Positions 23,063 through 32,657 of a stretch of DNA of 41,775 nt are shown here, one piece after another. Where the stretch lies: the sequence record MH363708; one strand, 5' to 3'. Every line of letters starts with the position of its first letter. Position 1 is the stretch's first letter. Made by a program: the position numbers and the translations under genes. The DNA is from Escherichia phage C130_2. The notes under the pieces are model-generated. The model was not told the DNA's origin, did not search any database, and saw only the letters and a program-made list of their open reading frames with translations.

Positions 23063-26000
23063 TTACTGCTGCCCGTAGATCTGGATCCGCTGCTCACCGT
23101 CAGGGCCGGTGATTAACGGCGGGCGCTCGTCGGTCTGCTCACCGTCGCTGGCTGCTGCCGCTGCCGGAGTACCGGCAAGCCATGCGATGAAACCAGCGCG
23201 GGCGATTTGACGTTGATCAGCCTCGGCAAGCGTGGCGATAAAGTCTTGGGCCGCTTTGCTGTTCGCAAGGCGTCGCTCTGTGGTGTTGATGATCGTCCGG
23301 CTTGGGCCGCTGGATCCATCGTCTGCCACCATGCGAGCAACCGCCCTGATCGCCTGGGTCATATCATCACCGGCGAGGAAACGATCCGCAACCTGCGAAG
23401 CCGCAGCACGGTTGGCAACTGCCCCGCGCGCAGCCTCAACGGCAACGTTACCGAAGCCAGGAGAAACCGCAGCCGCCGCCGATTGCGTCAACATGGCACC
23501 GATCCGCGTGTTAAAGACTTTATCCAAAAAGTCATTGCTGTTGTTGAAGCGGCGCGAAAAGTTGTTGATCTTGCCGGTGGCGGCGAAAGATTCACCCTCT
23601 TTGCGGGCTGCGTTGGCGACTTTCGCCAGGTTGTCAACAACTGCACGCTGATCCGCTGGCAGGTGCTGCATGAGCATTCCCAATTTGCCTGAGTTGCGCG
23701 CCTCGGTGTACCACTTCGCAAAGCCTGGAATGTTCAGGCGTTCGCCGGTGGTGCCGCTCATGCGGAATGCCATTGCAAGCGCGTTGGTCGCAACCTGCGG
23801 GCGCATAGCCGCTGGCGTTGATCGCATGAGAGTTTGAAAACCCTTTGGATCTGCGCCTTTGGTGCCCAGCGCTTTAACAGCCTGATAAATCTTGCTGCTT
23901 GCGGAATTATCAAGCTCTTTGCCCAGCACGGCTTGCTGTTTGGCCTGTAGCGCCACGCGCTGACGGGTCAGATCCTTTGCCGCATCCCACGCATCTTTCA
24001 CGCCAAACTGTGCCGCCACATCCCCTTGATCCTCGGTTAAACGGCTGTACATGGCGTTAAGGCGCGCAACGTTCGCATCCTTGTATGGGCCTTGACGCTT
24101 GTTAATCGCCGCGCCAACGTCTTTGCGCACATCGTCCAGAAGGGCGAAAGTCGGCCCGCCTCGGCTGTCGCTGGTTGGGCTTAGGCGTTCCAATACGCTA
24201 CGCTCAATCGGATCCAGGTTGGCTGCGCCGCCACGGTTACTGGCTTTCTGGTTGAGGTAATCAACCGTCTTTTCTGGATTTACCGGAGTGTGATCCGGGA
24301 TCGTGCGCAATGATTTGTTATAGGCCGCAGTTTCAGCGGTGCCGATATCATCGATCAGTCGGCTTGTCTCTGCCTTGAATGCCTGATCGAAGGTGAGATC
24401 CTCAACCGGCCCGCCTAAGTCTTCCAGCACCTTATCTGCGCGGGCAGTCAACGCCTGATACTGGCGGCTCTGCTTCTCACCCAAAAGGGATCCGGTTTCG
24501 CTGCGCAGGTTGCCGATCACGTCGCGGGTTGACTTGTCGCGCATAAACAGGCCAGGCGTCAGATCGTCAGTCACGCCCAATTCATCTGCGGCGCGCACAA
24601 CCTCTGGATCGATATCGCCACGGCGCGCAAGGTTGATCGCCGCGTTCGGTGCGCTGGAAGTCTCGCCGGTTGCCGCGTCGGTTACTGTGGTGCGCGGTGC
24701 GCTTCCGCGTGCTGCTGCGGTTGCATCCTGTCGCACGGCGTCAATAGCGGCTTGTTGCGTCGCTTCTGCGCCACCAGTACCAGTGCCAGTGCCCGCGCCC
24801 GTTGCGTCCTCTGCTGGGCGGATCAGATCACGGATCACCGGTGCTGCACGCCGTGCGGCTGCGCCAACGGCATTTACTGCCGCCTCGCCCACTGGCCCTG
24901 CTGCGATGCCGATCAGCGCGTCTTGCTGGTCGCCTTCGCTGGCTGCAAGGGCACCTGGCACGGCACGGGTTGCCGGTGCTGCGATCCGTTGCTCAAGGAA
25001 TCCCCCCAAACGGGAAAGGATGCTCGCAACCTCTGGCGAAGCTGTGCCCGCCAATTCTGCCATTTCGCGTGCGATACCCTGAATTTTCGGGGCTGCTGAC
25101 ATAGCCGCGCCACCAGGGATCGGGGTCAGACCGGCGATCAACTTCGCGCCAAACTGAGCATAAGGATCTTCGGGATCATCAAGCCCCATGCCGATCCGGC
25201 CTTCGGGGATCGGGGTATAGGTGCCGTCACCCAGCCCAACTTGCTTGCCCAGCCATGCACCGGCAGACTGTGCCGCGTTCGCTGCATAGATCGGGATGTT
25301 GAGCACGTCTTCTGCTGCGCGCACTAAACCTTTGCCCGCCTGAGTCAGATCGCGCCCAATCGTTGTGGGTGCCTGGTAATCCTGCAACTGCTCTGCGCTG
25401 TAGTAGTCGCCGCTGGTGTCTGGTTGCGGCTGTGCGGCGCTCTGCTGCGTCGTGGCGGCTTGCGGCTGTGGTTGGGTGTCCATAGTCGCTTGCGGCTGTT
25501 CTGGCGCTGCTGGCTGCGTTTCCTGCGGTGCTCGCGGGGTCAGTTCGCCAAACTGGCTGGCAAATTTGTTGGTTGATCCGGTGTCGCCGGCACGGGCGCT
25601 GGTTGCCCGCTGTGGCGCGTCGGAGTCTGTGACCGCACCCAAAGCGCGATCAATCGGGTTAACGCCGCCCGTCCACTGGTCAAAGCGTGAATCGACGTAT
25701 TGACGCCCTTCCGGCCCTGGGGTGTACTCGCCTTTTAACATGGCGTCGGTGTTGCCTGGGCCGTCATGGTACGCTTGCAGGGCCAGCCCCCAATCGCCGT
25801 AGCGGTCATACATCTGGCGCAGGTATTTTGCGCCCGCTTCGGCCTGTAGCGCAGGATTGTTGCGCACCTCTGCTGGGTCATAGCCCATATCGCGCAGCGT
25901 GCCTGGCATAACCTGAGTGCCACCAATGGCACCTTTGCTGGACGTTGCGCCAGTGTCGCCGCCAGACTCTTTGCCAACGAGCGCAGACATAAGCCCTTCT

Positions 26001-26128
26001 GGAATGCCCTGTGATGCGCCCGCCGCTTCCCAATGATTGCCGCCCTGCTGCTGCGGGGCGGTCTGCTGCGGTTGTGCCTGGGCGTTGCCGCCCAGGTTCC
26101 CGAAAGTTGCCGCAAAGTTGAAAGCCAT
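23063..26128 (-). CDS. Ejection / internal virion protein with N-terminal lytic transglycosylase (SLT) domain
   Basis: 1021 aa; N-terminal GKESGG...GGTQVMPGT...AYHDGPGN SLT signature; long Ala/Gly/Thr-rich low-complexity remainder; in the position of P22 gp16. Confidence 0.7.
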   Translation of the reverse strand: MAFNFAATFGNLGGNAQAQPQQTAPQQQGGNHWEAAGASQGIPEGLMSALVGKESGGDTGATSSKGAIGGTQVMPGTLRDMGYDPAEVRNNPALQAEAGAKYLRQMYDRYGDWGLALQAYHDGPGNTDAMLKGEYTPGPEGRQYVDSRFDQWTGGVNPIDRALGAVTDSDAPQRATSARAGDTGSTNKFASQFGELTPRAPQETQPAAPEQPQATMDTQPQPQAATTQQSAAQPQPDTSGDYYSAEQLQDYQAPTTIGRDLTQAGKGLVRAAEDVLNIPIYAANAAQSAGAWLGKQVGLGDGTYTPIPEGRIGMGLDDPEDPYAQFGAKLIAGLTPIPGGAAMSAAPKIQGIAREMAELAGTASPEVASILSRLGGFLEQRIAAPATRAVPGALAASEGDQQDALIGIAAGPVGEAAVNAVGAAARRAAPVIRDLIRPAEDATGAGTGTGTGGAEATQQAAIDAVRQDATAAARGSAPRTTVTDAATGETSSAPNAAINLARRGDIDPEVVRAADELGVTDDLTPGLFMRDKSTRDVIGNLRSETGSLLGEKQSRQYQALTARADKVLEDLGGPVEDLTFDQAFKAETSRLIDDIGTAETAAYNKSLRTIPDHTPVNPEKTVDYLNQKASNRGGAANLDPIERSVLERLSPTSDSRGGPTFALLDDVRKDVGAAINKRQGPYKDANVARLNAMYSRLTEDQGDVAAQFGVKDAWDAAKDLTRQRVALQAKQQAVLGKELDNSASSKIYQAVKALGTKGADPKGFQTLMRSTPAAMRPQVATNALAMAFRMSGTTGERLNIPGFAKWYTEARNSGKLGMLMQHLPADQRAVVDNLAKVANAARKEGESFAATGKINNFSRRFNNSNDFLDKVFNTRIGAMLTQSAAAAVSPGFGNVAVEAARGAVANRAAASQVADRFLAGDDMTQAIRAVARMVADDGSSGPSRTIINTTERRLANSKAAQDFIATLAEADQRQIARAGFIAWLAGTPAAAAASDGEQTDERPPLITGPDGEQRIQIYGQQ

Positions 26129-27451
26129 TTAAAGCCCCTCTGGTAAATAGCCCGCCCATTCTTTAAAGGCGCGTTTGTTCTCTTCTGACGGGTCAGAGAG
26201 TAGCATTTTGCGCGCCTGGGCTGGTACTCCCAATTCATCCAGCTTGGGATCATTCATCACCGCATCATAACGGCTGGTGTTGTTGGTGTATTCCTTCACG
26301 CGCCCGCCGTTGGCTTTTTCGTACCCATCGCGCAAACGCTTAAGGTAGTTGCCAAAGTTTTTGATCGCACGCTGTGCCGCTGCCGGATCCTGAATGTTTT
26401 CAGGGTCGAAGCCCATCAACGATTGCGTGATCGCCATGCTTTCTTTTTCGGACATGCCCGCAGCCGTACCGGATGCAGCCTTGAGTGCCGCCATTGATTG
26501 CGACATTGCCAGGCCTTGAAGTGACTTAAGATCCTGCACCAGTTGCTTTTCATCGTTCGCGCCAGGGATGTTGCGCGCAATGGTGCCGCTTAAACCGCTT
26601 GCGCCTTCCCACGCCGTCTGCAAACGCTGTTTGCTGGCTGGGTTTTTCTGGTTGTCAGGGATCAGGCGGTTGACCTGTCCAATTGCATTATCAAGCGTCG
26701 TAACCTGGCTGTTGTAGCCGTTCAGCCAGTCGCGCTGGGTGTCTACGGTGTCGCCGTATACCTGCGCTTGTTTCTGCTGCGCTGCGGTGCGCTCACGCTC
26801 GCTCTTCGCCAGTTCGGCTTGCTGCTTGGCTTGCTGGCCCTGATAGCGCAAAAAGTTAAACTGGCGATTCATAGCCAGATTAGCCGCCTGGATATCCTGC
26901 GAGCGAGCCGTAAGGCGGTTGCGCTCAACCTCGTTGGCGTAGTCCAGTTGGTCTTTTGTGCCCATGCTGGAAAGCTGCACCGCGTGAACCGCCTGTTCAA
27001 AGCCCTGCTGGTCTGTCTGGTACTGCTCCCACGCATCCTGCGGATCGATGTTCAGCGCCTGGAATGCACCGGCGTTTTGCTGAATAAACTGCTGTACCTG
27101 CTGCGGCCCCTGAGACATTGCCACGCGCACGCCGTTTGCAAGCTGGCCCGCCTGGGTCGCTTGCATATCGTCTTGCAGCCCGATCCGCTCTTTCAGGGTG
27201 CTAATCATCGACGGGTATTTATAAACCAGATCATTCAGCTTTTGCGGATCGCCGCGTGCCGCGCTCCAATCCTGGTTAAACTGCTGCAATTGCTGCTGCT
27301 GCTGATCCTGCTGCTGCATGGCTTTAGCACGGATCTGGTTCTGCTGCTGCAATCCGGTGTTTTGCTGGATCGTCTGAATGTTATTGAGCGTGTTTTGCCC
27401 TGCGCGCTCAATAACCCCCATGTTTTGACCGAAAACGCTCATATCTGACAT
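26129..27451 (-). CDS. Ejection protein (P22 gp20-like by position), Gln-rich
   Basis: 440 aa, translationally coupled, very Q-rich; assignment by synteny only. Confidence 0.45.
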   Translation of the reverse strand: MSDMSVFGQNMGVIERAGQNTLNNIQTIQQNTGLQQQNQIRAKAMQQQDQQQQQLQQFNQDWSAARGDPQKLNDLVYKYPSMISTLKERIGLQDDMQATQAGQLANGVRVAMSQGPQQVQQFIQQNAGAFQALNIDPQDAWEQYQTDQQGFEQAVHAVQLSSMGTKDQLDYANEVERNRLTARSQDIQAANLAMNRQFNFLRYQGQQAKQQAELAKSERERTAAQQKQAQVYGDTVDTQRDWLNGYNSQVTTLDNAIGQVNRLIPDNQKNPASKQRLQTAWEGASGLSGTIARNIPGANDEKQLVQDLKSLQGLAMSQSMAALKAASGTAAGMSEKESMAITQSLMGFDPENIQDPAAAQRAIKNFGNYLKRLRDGYEKANGGRVKEYTNNTSRYDAVMNDPKLDELGVPAQARKMLLSDPSEENKRAFKEWAGYLPEGL

Positions 27452-28113
27452 TAGATCATCGCTCCAAAGAAGCTGCCCGCCGCTTGCGGTGCGCCGTTAA
27501 GATCCTGCGCAACGCCGTTACCGATAGAGTTGTTCATATAGGCCGCTGTCATCCACGGCAACGCCGCTTTCTGGCCCTGAATGTTCCCTTTCGTCTGGTA
27601 GAGGCCGGAAAGGTTGTTAGCCGTACCGGTAGCGAAGCCGCCCAACTGCGCGCCAGCGTTCGCGCCAGTGCCCGCAATATCCATCAGGTTTGAAAAACGA
27701 TCCTGATACTGCTGATACATTTGCGTTAAGTAGTTCTGGCCCAACTGCGACGCGATAGATCCCAGGCGGTTTTGCGTGGTGCTCGCGCCCAGCGTGCCAG
27801 TTGCCTCGGCAGACGCTAACGCCGCGTTGTTCGCCGCGTTGCTCATTAGGCCGTATTCCTGCCCGCCGTAGAAGTCGGACAAAAGACCGGCGCGATCAAA
27901 GCCGTCTGACAACTGGCCTTGAGCCTGGCCCAGCGCGTCTTGACCTGCATCAACGTATGGATCCAGATAGTTTTGCGCAGTTTGCAGCCCTTCACGCTGC
28001 GCGCCCATTGCCTTATCGGTGTACTTGCTTTGCTGTTTTAACTGCTTGTTGGTGCCGATGCCGCCTAACAAGCCGCCAACGGCGTTGGTTACACCGCTAA
28101 CAATCCCGCCCAT
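27451..28113 (-). CDS. Ejection protein (P22 gp7-like by position)
   Basis: 220 aa, Gly/Ala/Gln-rich; AGGAGG RBS; synteny only. Confidence 0.45.
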   Translation of the reverse strand: MGGIVSGVTNAVGGLLGGIGTNKQLKQQSKYTDKAMGAQREGLQTAQNYLDPYVDAGQDALGQAQGQLSDGFDRAGLLSDFYGGQEYGLMSNAANNAALASAEATGTLGASTTQNRLGSIASQLGQNYLTQMYQQYQDRFSNLMDIAGTGANAGAQLGGFATGTANNLSGLYQTKGNIQGQKAALPWMTAAYMNNSIGNGVAQDLNGAPQAAGSFFGAMI

Positions 28114-28495
28114 ATGGCAACCTCCTTAAAAAAAAGTAATTTTCGTATGTGCCATCGTGCATAAGCACCCTATCAACCGGAGATTCTACAAAGCCGCCCA
28201 TTTTTAGTACAACGTTTTTAACGTGTCGGCGGTGCTCGGCAATGGGCACCCTGATCGGGAAGTGGCCCCACTTTTCGATAAACTCGCGGCACATTTGGCG
28301 GGAATGGCGGCGCGCATCCTTACGCATCGCCATGTGACCATCGATCCCGCCTTCCTCGTTATTGTGGACGCAAAACACGCCACAATCGTTGAATAGCCAG
28401 AATTGGGAAGACGGCGGCACATCGTCGGGCCATTCCGTCACGCCCCATTCACGCATCAAGCGGCACCCCTCTTGGGTGGAGATCTGGATCAGCAT
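28097..28495 (-). CDS. Hypothetical virion-module protein (P22 gp14 position)
   Basis: 132 aa, Cys/His-containing; overlapping start with the upstream gene. Confidence 0.45.
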   Translation of the reverse strand: MLIQISTQEGCRLMREWGVTEWPDDVPPSSQFWLFNDCGVFCVHNNEEGGIDGHMAMRKDARRHSRQMCREFIEKWGHFPIRVPIAEHRRHVKNVVLKMGGFVESPVDRVLMHDGTYENYFFLRRLPYGRDC

Positions 28496-29028
28496 TACGC
28501 CCCCGCTAAACCATGATACATGAGAAGATGAATAACCGCCGTCAACAACTGGCGATTCTCGATCACCGCGTTTGCGATAGCCTGCACCTCTGCTGCGGTG
28601 TAGGTGGCGCTAACTGGCAACGTGAGATCGCCCACGCCGCCTTTTTTCGCCGTGCCGGTGTTGTCCGTCCATCCGGTCTGCTGATCCCTCACAACGGTTG
28701 TGCCGTTGATTTGCAGATCTCCCCCCAGCCCCAACGCTCCCAGCAACGTTTGCAGCCCTGCGTTGCTTGTGGTCACGCTGCTTTCTTCCAGTTCATCAAC
28801 GCGCGGCGTTAAGCCCTCCACGCCCTCTTTTGCTTGCCCTGCCACCTCTGCGGCCCCGCTGGCGGTTTCCTGCGCCGTTCCTGCGGTTTCCTCGGCACCG
28901 TAAGCCGTGGTTTGCGTACCGTTGAGGATATCCACCATACGCAAAAACACGTCTTTAAACTGCTGCGGCGTGCCTGGCGGGAATGATTGCGCGTTGATCA
29001 GCAATCGGGTTGCGGTCTTTGTTGCCAC
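28495..29028 (-). CDS. Tail needle protein (P22 gp26-like)
   Basis: C-terminal QTGWTDNTGTAKKG...TYTAAEVQAIANAVIE closely matches the P22 gp26 C-terminal region as recalled. Confidence 0.7.
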   Translation of the reverse strand: MATKTATRLLINAQSFPPGTPQQFKDVFLRMVDILNGTQTTAYGAEETAGTAQETASGAAEVAGQAKEGVEGLTPRVDELEESSVTTSNAGLQTLLGALGLGGDLQINGTTVVRDQQTGWTDNTGTAKKGGVGDLTLPVSATYTAAEVQAIANAVIENRQLLTAVIHLLMYHGLAGA

Positions 29029-29038
29029 GTCTGCCCCC

Positions 29039-30487
29039 TTAATCCACTGTGCGCACGCGCGCGCCTAACAGGTTACACGGTGCCGCACCAACTGCGCGGA
29101 TCCTGAAACCAACCGTAAAGCGAGCGCGGCCCACTTTCTTAATAATCGAACGTTTTAGCCAGTGCTGCGCGCGGTTAACTTCGATCTTGATCTCTTTGCC
29201 ATACGTCACGCCGTCTTCGGTGGCGGCGATCCAGACCGTCTGCGCCTGGTTAAGCCCTGGCATGGTGCCTGGGTCGATCTCAAAATCCCACAACAACTGG
29301 TTAGAGAGATCAAGCAATTTGGTATGGCACACGATTTCTTGTTGCTCGCCGTACTGGTTGGACGTAGCCGGATCCAGAATGCCAGCAATCGAACGGCGGC
29401 GATCTCCGCAGGTGATCACGTTGCCTTCATTGCAAAAATCAATGGCGGTATAGAGATCATCGTAAAGGCCGGATTTGATCACGCTCCACACTCGCTGGCC
29501 TAACTCCTGCGATGGGGTGTTGTCGTACACCAGCACACGATCCGGCAGGTGGACTAACAGCAATTCGTGATCCTCATACTTGAGGCTTTCCAGCACGGAT
29601 GATTTTAGCTGATCCTGCGTATAGCCAGCCAGGATGCGGCGCACCGTATTGTTTGCGATATCCTGCCACTGACCGCCGCCCGCGTTCAGGTAGCCGATTG
29701 TAACCATGCCGCTTGCCGGAGTGGTGATCATGGCGAAGCTGTCGGCAAACTGGCACACCGTATAAGGCGAGAAGGTGCCCGCCTGGGTGGTGTAGGACTG
29801 CTGCCCCTGGTAGATCTGATCCGCGCTGCCGGTCAATGCGAAAAATTCAACCGTAGCGCTACCGAAGGCCAAAACGTAATCGCGCCACGCCCTGATCGCA
29901 ACGATCCCATCCGGCATGGATTCTGCGCGGTAGGCTGGCGCAACTGCATCGGGGCGGCACTCATTAAAGAGGCTGGACACCCAAAACAGATCGCTATCTT
30001 TCGTGCAAAAAATATAGCGCTGGCGCAGGTGGCAAACGTCTTTGATATCCCCCCAGGCGAAGCTAGTCACTTCCGCTGGCTGTCCGTTGTAGTCGTCGCT
30101 GGCCTTCCAGTTCTGGAATGATTCGCGCTCGCCGGTGTACTTGTACATGATCAACTGATTGTTTGCCACGATGCCTTGCGAGGTGGTGCTATGCGCCATA
30201 GGGGCACGCTCAATGCCGCCCACATCGTCGATTTCTTCGCCGTTAAGGTAAAGTTTTTGCCCGTGGATCCGGTACGGCTGATTCTTCACCGTGTTCCAGT
30301 GGACACCACGGGAGATCCCCGCCACTTCATGCGATTGCGTCAACCCAGGGAACGTGCGCAGGTAGCCGCGCGCGCCTTTGACCTGTCGAGCAATCGCCAG
30401 AAGGTTGATCGGTAGCTTTTCGATATATTGCCCGTCTTTGGCGTCTACCGCGTCACCAAAGAGGATCGGAAACTGCACCATGCCCAT
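29039..30487 (-). CDS. Tail hub protein (P22 gp10-like)
   Basis: 482 aa; size and position (between the gp4-like and needle genes) match P22 gp10; TAATG coupling. Confidence 0.5.
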   Translation of the reverse strand: MGMVQFPILFGDAVDAKDGQYIEKLPINLLAIARQVKGARGYLRTFPGLTQSHEVAGISRGVHWNTVKNQPYRIHGQKLYLNGEEIDDVGGIERAPMAHSTTSQGIVANNQLIMYKYTGERESFQNWKASDDYNGQPAEVTSFAWGDIKDVCHLRQRYIFCTKDSDLFWVSSLFNECRPDAVAPAYRAESMPDGIVAIRAWRDYVLAFGSATVEFFALTGSADQIYQGQQSYTTQAGTFSPYTVCQFADSFAMITTPASGMVTIGYLNAGGGQWQDIANNTVRRILAGYTQDQLKSSVLESLKYEDHELLLVHLPDRVLVYDNTPSQELGQRVWSVIKSGLYDDLYTAIDFCNEGNVITCGDRRRSIAGILDPATSNQYGEQQEIVCHTKLLDLSNQLLWDFEIDPGTMPGLNQAQTVWIAATEDGVTYGKEIKIEVNRAQHWLKRSIIKKVGRARFTVGFRIRAVGAAPCNLLGARVRTVD

Positions 30488-30954
30488 TATTTGCCGCTCC
30501 CGTCATTGTAAAAGCGCCCTGCGGGCCAATATGGGCGGTTGCCGTCGCCGGTTGGCATATCGTTGCGGCGTTTCAGCGGCGTTGGCACCCAAAGAGTCAT
30601 CAATAGTGCTTTCATGGCACGATCTGCACGCTTCGCCAGCCCACTTGGCACCGGCCTTTGTGCATCGTCAAGCGCTCGCATGGCGATCTGGTAGCCAATG
30701 GCGCTTAAATAGTTCAGGTCTAACCCGGAGTCGTCGGATCCGTCCAGTTCGTCAAGCGAAGGGGCGAAAATGTACGGCGTCACCGGCTCGTTGTTCTGCT
30801 TGCGCTCGTTGTGAAACTCGGTCATGTACGCTTCAAGGTCGATCAGCGCGTCGCGCTTCTGTTCCTCGTCGGCGGGGTTTAGCATGGTGTCGCCACTAAA
30901 CCCCGCCTTACGCATGGCAAAGTTTACGAACTCCTGTTTTTGGAGTGTCGCCAT
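30487..30954 (-). CDS. Head-to-tail adaptor (P22 gp4-like)
   Basis: ATG at 30954 with AGGA RBS; 155 aa; position after the coat gene matches gp4; by synteny. Confidence 0.45.
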   Translation of the reverse strand: MATLQKQEFVNFAMRKAGFSGDTMLNPADEEQKRDALIDLEAYMTEFHNERKQNNEPVTPYIFAPSLDELDGSDDSGLDLNYLSAIGYQIAMRALDDAQRPVPSGLAKRADRAMKALLMTLWVPTPLKRRNDMPTGDGNRPYWPAGRFYNDGSGK

Positions 30955-30956
30955 GA

Positions 30957-31283
30957 TCACTTATCCTTTTTGGCTGCTTTGCTGTTTTCTTTGCGCTGCT
31001 GCTGCGGCTTCTTGGCGGGCACCTCAGACGCGCCAGCATACGGCAACAACGCTTGATAATGGGTAGGCATTGGGCCGGTGCTTTCGTGGCGTTCTGGTGG
31101 CGCTGGCGTCGCTGCTGGGGCTTCTGCCTTCTTGGGCTGCGGCACGTCCGATGGGTGCGCGTACCAATCGCCGGATTTCAACGCTTCTTCAACGTCTGAA
31201 TCATTGAAAACAGCACTTTTTGCAAAGAATTTACCCCAATAAAGTTTATTCTTGCCTTCGGTGTAAAGCATGGTGGTTGACAT
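30957..31283 (-). CDS. Hypothetical protein (108 aa), Lys/Pro-rich C-terminus
   Basis: ATG at 31283 with GAGGA RBS directly downstream of the coat-gene terminator. Confidence 0.45.
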   Translation of the reverse strand: MSTTMLYTEGKNKLYWGKFFAKSAVFNDSDVEEALKSGDWYAHPSDVPQPKKAEAPAATPAPPERHESTGPMPTHYQALLPYAGASEVPAKKPQQQRKENSKAAKKDK

Positions 31284-31300
31284 GGTGAGATCCTCATATG

Positions 31301-31320
31301 AAAAAAGGGGCCGAAGCCCC
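31301..31320 (-). terminator. Intrinsic terminator after the coat gene
   Basis: Minus strand GGGGC-TTCG-GCCCC followed by TTTTTT; identical to 23036-23057. Confidence 0.65.
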
Positions 31321-31353
31321 TTATTTATACACTTTTCAATCAGGTTGCGCCAG

Positions 31354-32619
31354 TTACGGCACAACGATCTGATTTGTCGCCACAACTGCCACGTATTCTG
31401 GCACCAGGACGTTTGCACCATAAAGCGTGGTGAAACGACAAGTGGTTTCGCCTTTCAGGTGGTCGAATGCGTAGGACATGATCAGGTATGCGCCCTGCTC
31501 AGTGGTCGCCGTCATTACCTGCGGGCCTTGACCGGTAGGGAATGCCAGCTTGCCATACATCAGCTCAACGGAACCATCAGCCCAAAGCAGGTTAGTTGCG
31601 GTTGCGCGCTTGTTAAGCACGGTGATCGCAGCACCCGAAGCGGCGTTGGCCTGTACGTTGGCGTAAGCACGGGATTTCTGATCCGCGTTGTCCAGCGGCA
31701 GGATCTTCGGAGAGATCGTTACGCTGGTGCCCTGCACGCCCAGCACGCGGAATACCTGCGGCTGGTCGGTGGTTTCCTTACCGATCAGATGCACCATATC
31801 CACGCCCTCAATGGTGAAGGCGTCGCCAACTTGCAGACCTGCGCCGGAAACGGTGATCACGCCCTGACGGTTATCAATCGGCAGGTTTGACACCGGATCC
31901 ATTGCTTCCACGGTGTGCGCTGGCGCTGCTGCCAGGGTCAGATCAGCCGTGGTGCCGGTTGGGATGCGTCCAGACTGATCAACCTTGTAGCTGTCGAAGC
32001 TGGCAACGTCTGGAATCTTCGCCTTTTCGAAAGCGGTCTGGTTAATGCCGGAGGTGTAAGAGCGCCCCGCCAGTTCACCTGCGATGTTTTTATAATCGCG
32101 GGCGTTCAGGAATGCGCGCTTAGTGATGCCCATCGGCACGCCGATCATTGTGAAATTGGCGTCAGCGTCTGCGATACCATCCCAAAGATCACGGCCCAGG
32201 GTGCCGGTTGAGTTATCGCCCACACCAACAAAGTTGGTAGCGCGCAAGGTCGCCTGGGTAACGAGATCCAGATCGATTTGCGCAGCGAGGCGTTGACCTG
32301 CGGCGCGGCCCGCTTCTTTCTTGTGTTCGTCGTCGCGCATTTCGTATGCGTCGAGAGTCCACAAAACGTTTTGAGGCGCTTTATACGCCGCTGGCACCTG
32401 ACGCTGTACCAGTTCAGTTTGCGCAGCGTTGGAAACGTCCAGGCCTTCCACAATATCCATGTGGTAGCGCTGCGGGCGGTGGATCACATCACCGGCGCGT
32501 TGCATGGTCTTATCATCTGGACGGAAGATCTTAGCGTTTTTGGAGACTACGCAAGCGGCTTCGAAGCCTTCCACGTACTCTTCAAACAAGATCTCAAGGT
32601 CTTTCGTTAACTGGTTCAT
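31354..32619 (-). CDS. Major capsid (coat) protein, P22-like
   Basis: 421 aa; AGGAG RBS; C-terminal blocks QKSRAYANV and NLLWADGSVEL resemble P22 gp5 (EQRAYANVN, NVFWADDAIRIV) as recalled; strong terminator downstream. Confidence 0.85.
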   Translation of the reverse strand: MNQLTKDLEILFEEYVEGFEAACVVSKNAKIFRPDDKTMQRAGDVIHRPQRYHMDIVEGLDVSNAAQTELVQRQVPAAYKAPQNVLWTLDAYEMRDDEHKKEAGRAAGQRLAAQIDLDLVTQATLRATNFVGVGDNSTGTLGRDLWDGIADADANFTMIGVPMGITKRAFLNARDYKNIAGELAGRSYTSGINQTAFEKAKIPDVASFDSYKVDQSGRIPTGTTADLTLAAAPAHTVEAMDPVSNLPIDNRQGVITVSGAGLQVGDAFTIEGVDMVHLIGKETTDQPQVFRVLGVQGTSVTISPKILPLDNADQKSRAYANVQANAASGAAITVLNKRATATNLLWADGSVELMYGKLAFPTGQGPQVMTATTEQGAYLIMSYAFDHLKGETTCRFTTLYGANVLVPEYVAVVATNQIVVP

Positions 32620-32657
32620 CTATTTATTGCTCCTGCCGATGATGTTCGGGAATAAGT

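Noticed and set aside
31207-31227. An eighth copy of the inverted-repeat motif (AACAGCACTTTTTGCAAAG) inside gene 30957-31283
   Set aside because: Imperfect arms, no TATATAG element 18 bp downstream, and it lies within a coding region in the opposite orientation to local transcription; likely a chance or degenerate copy.
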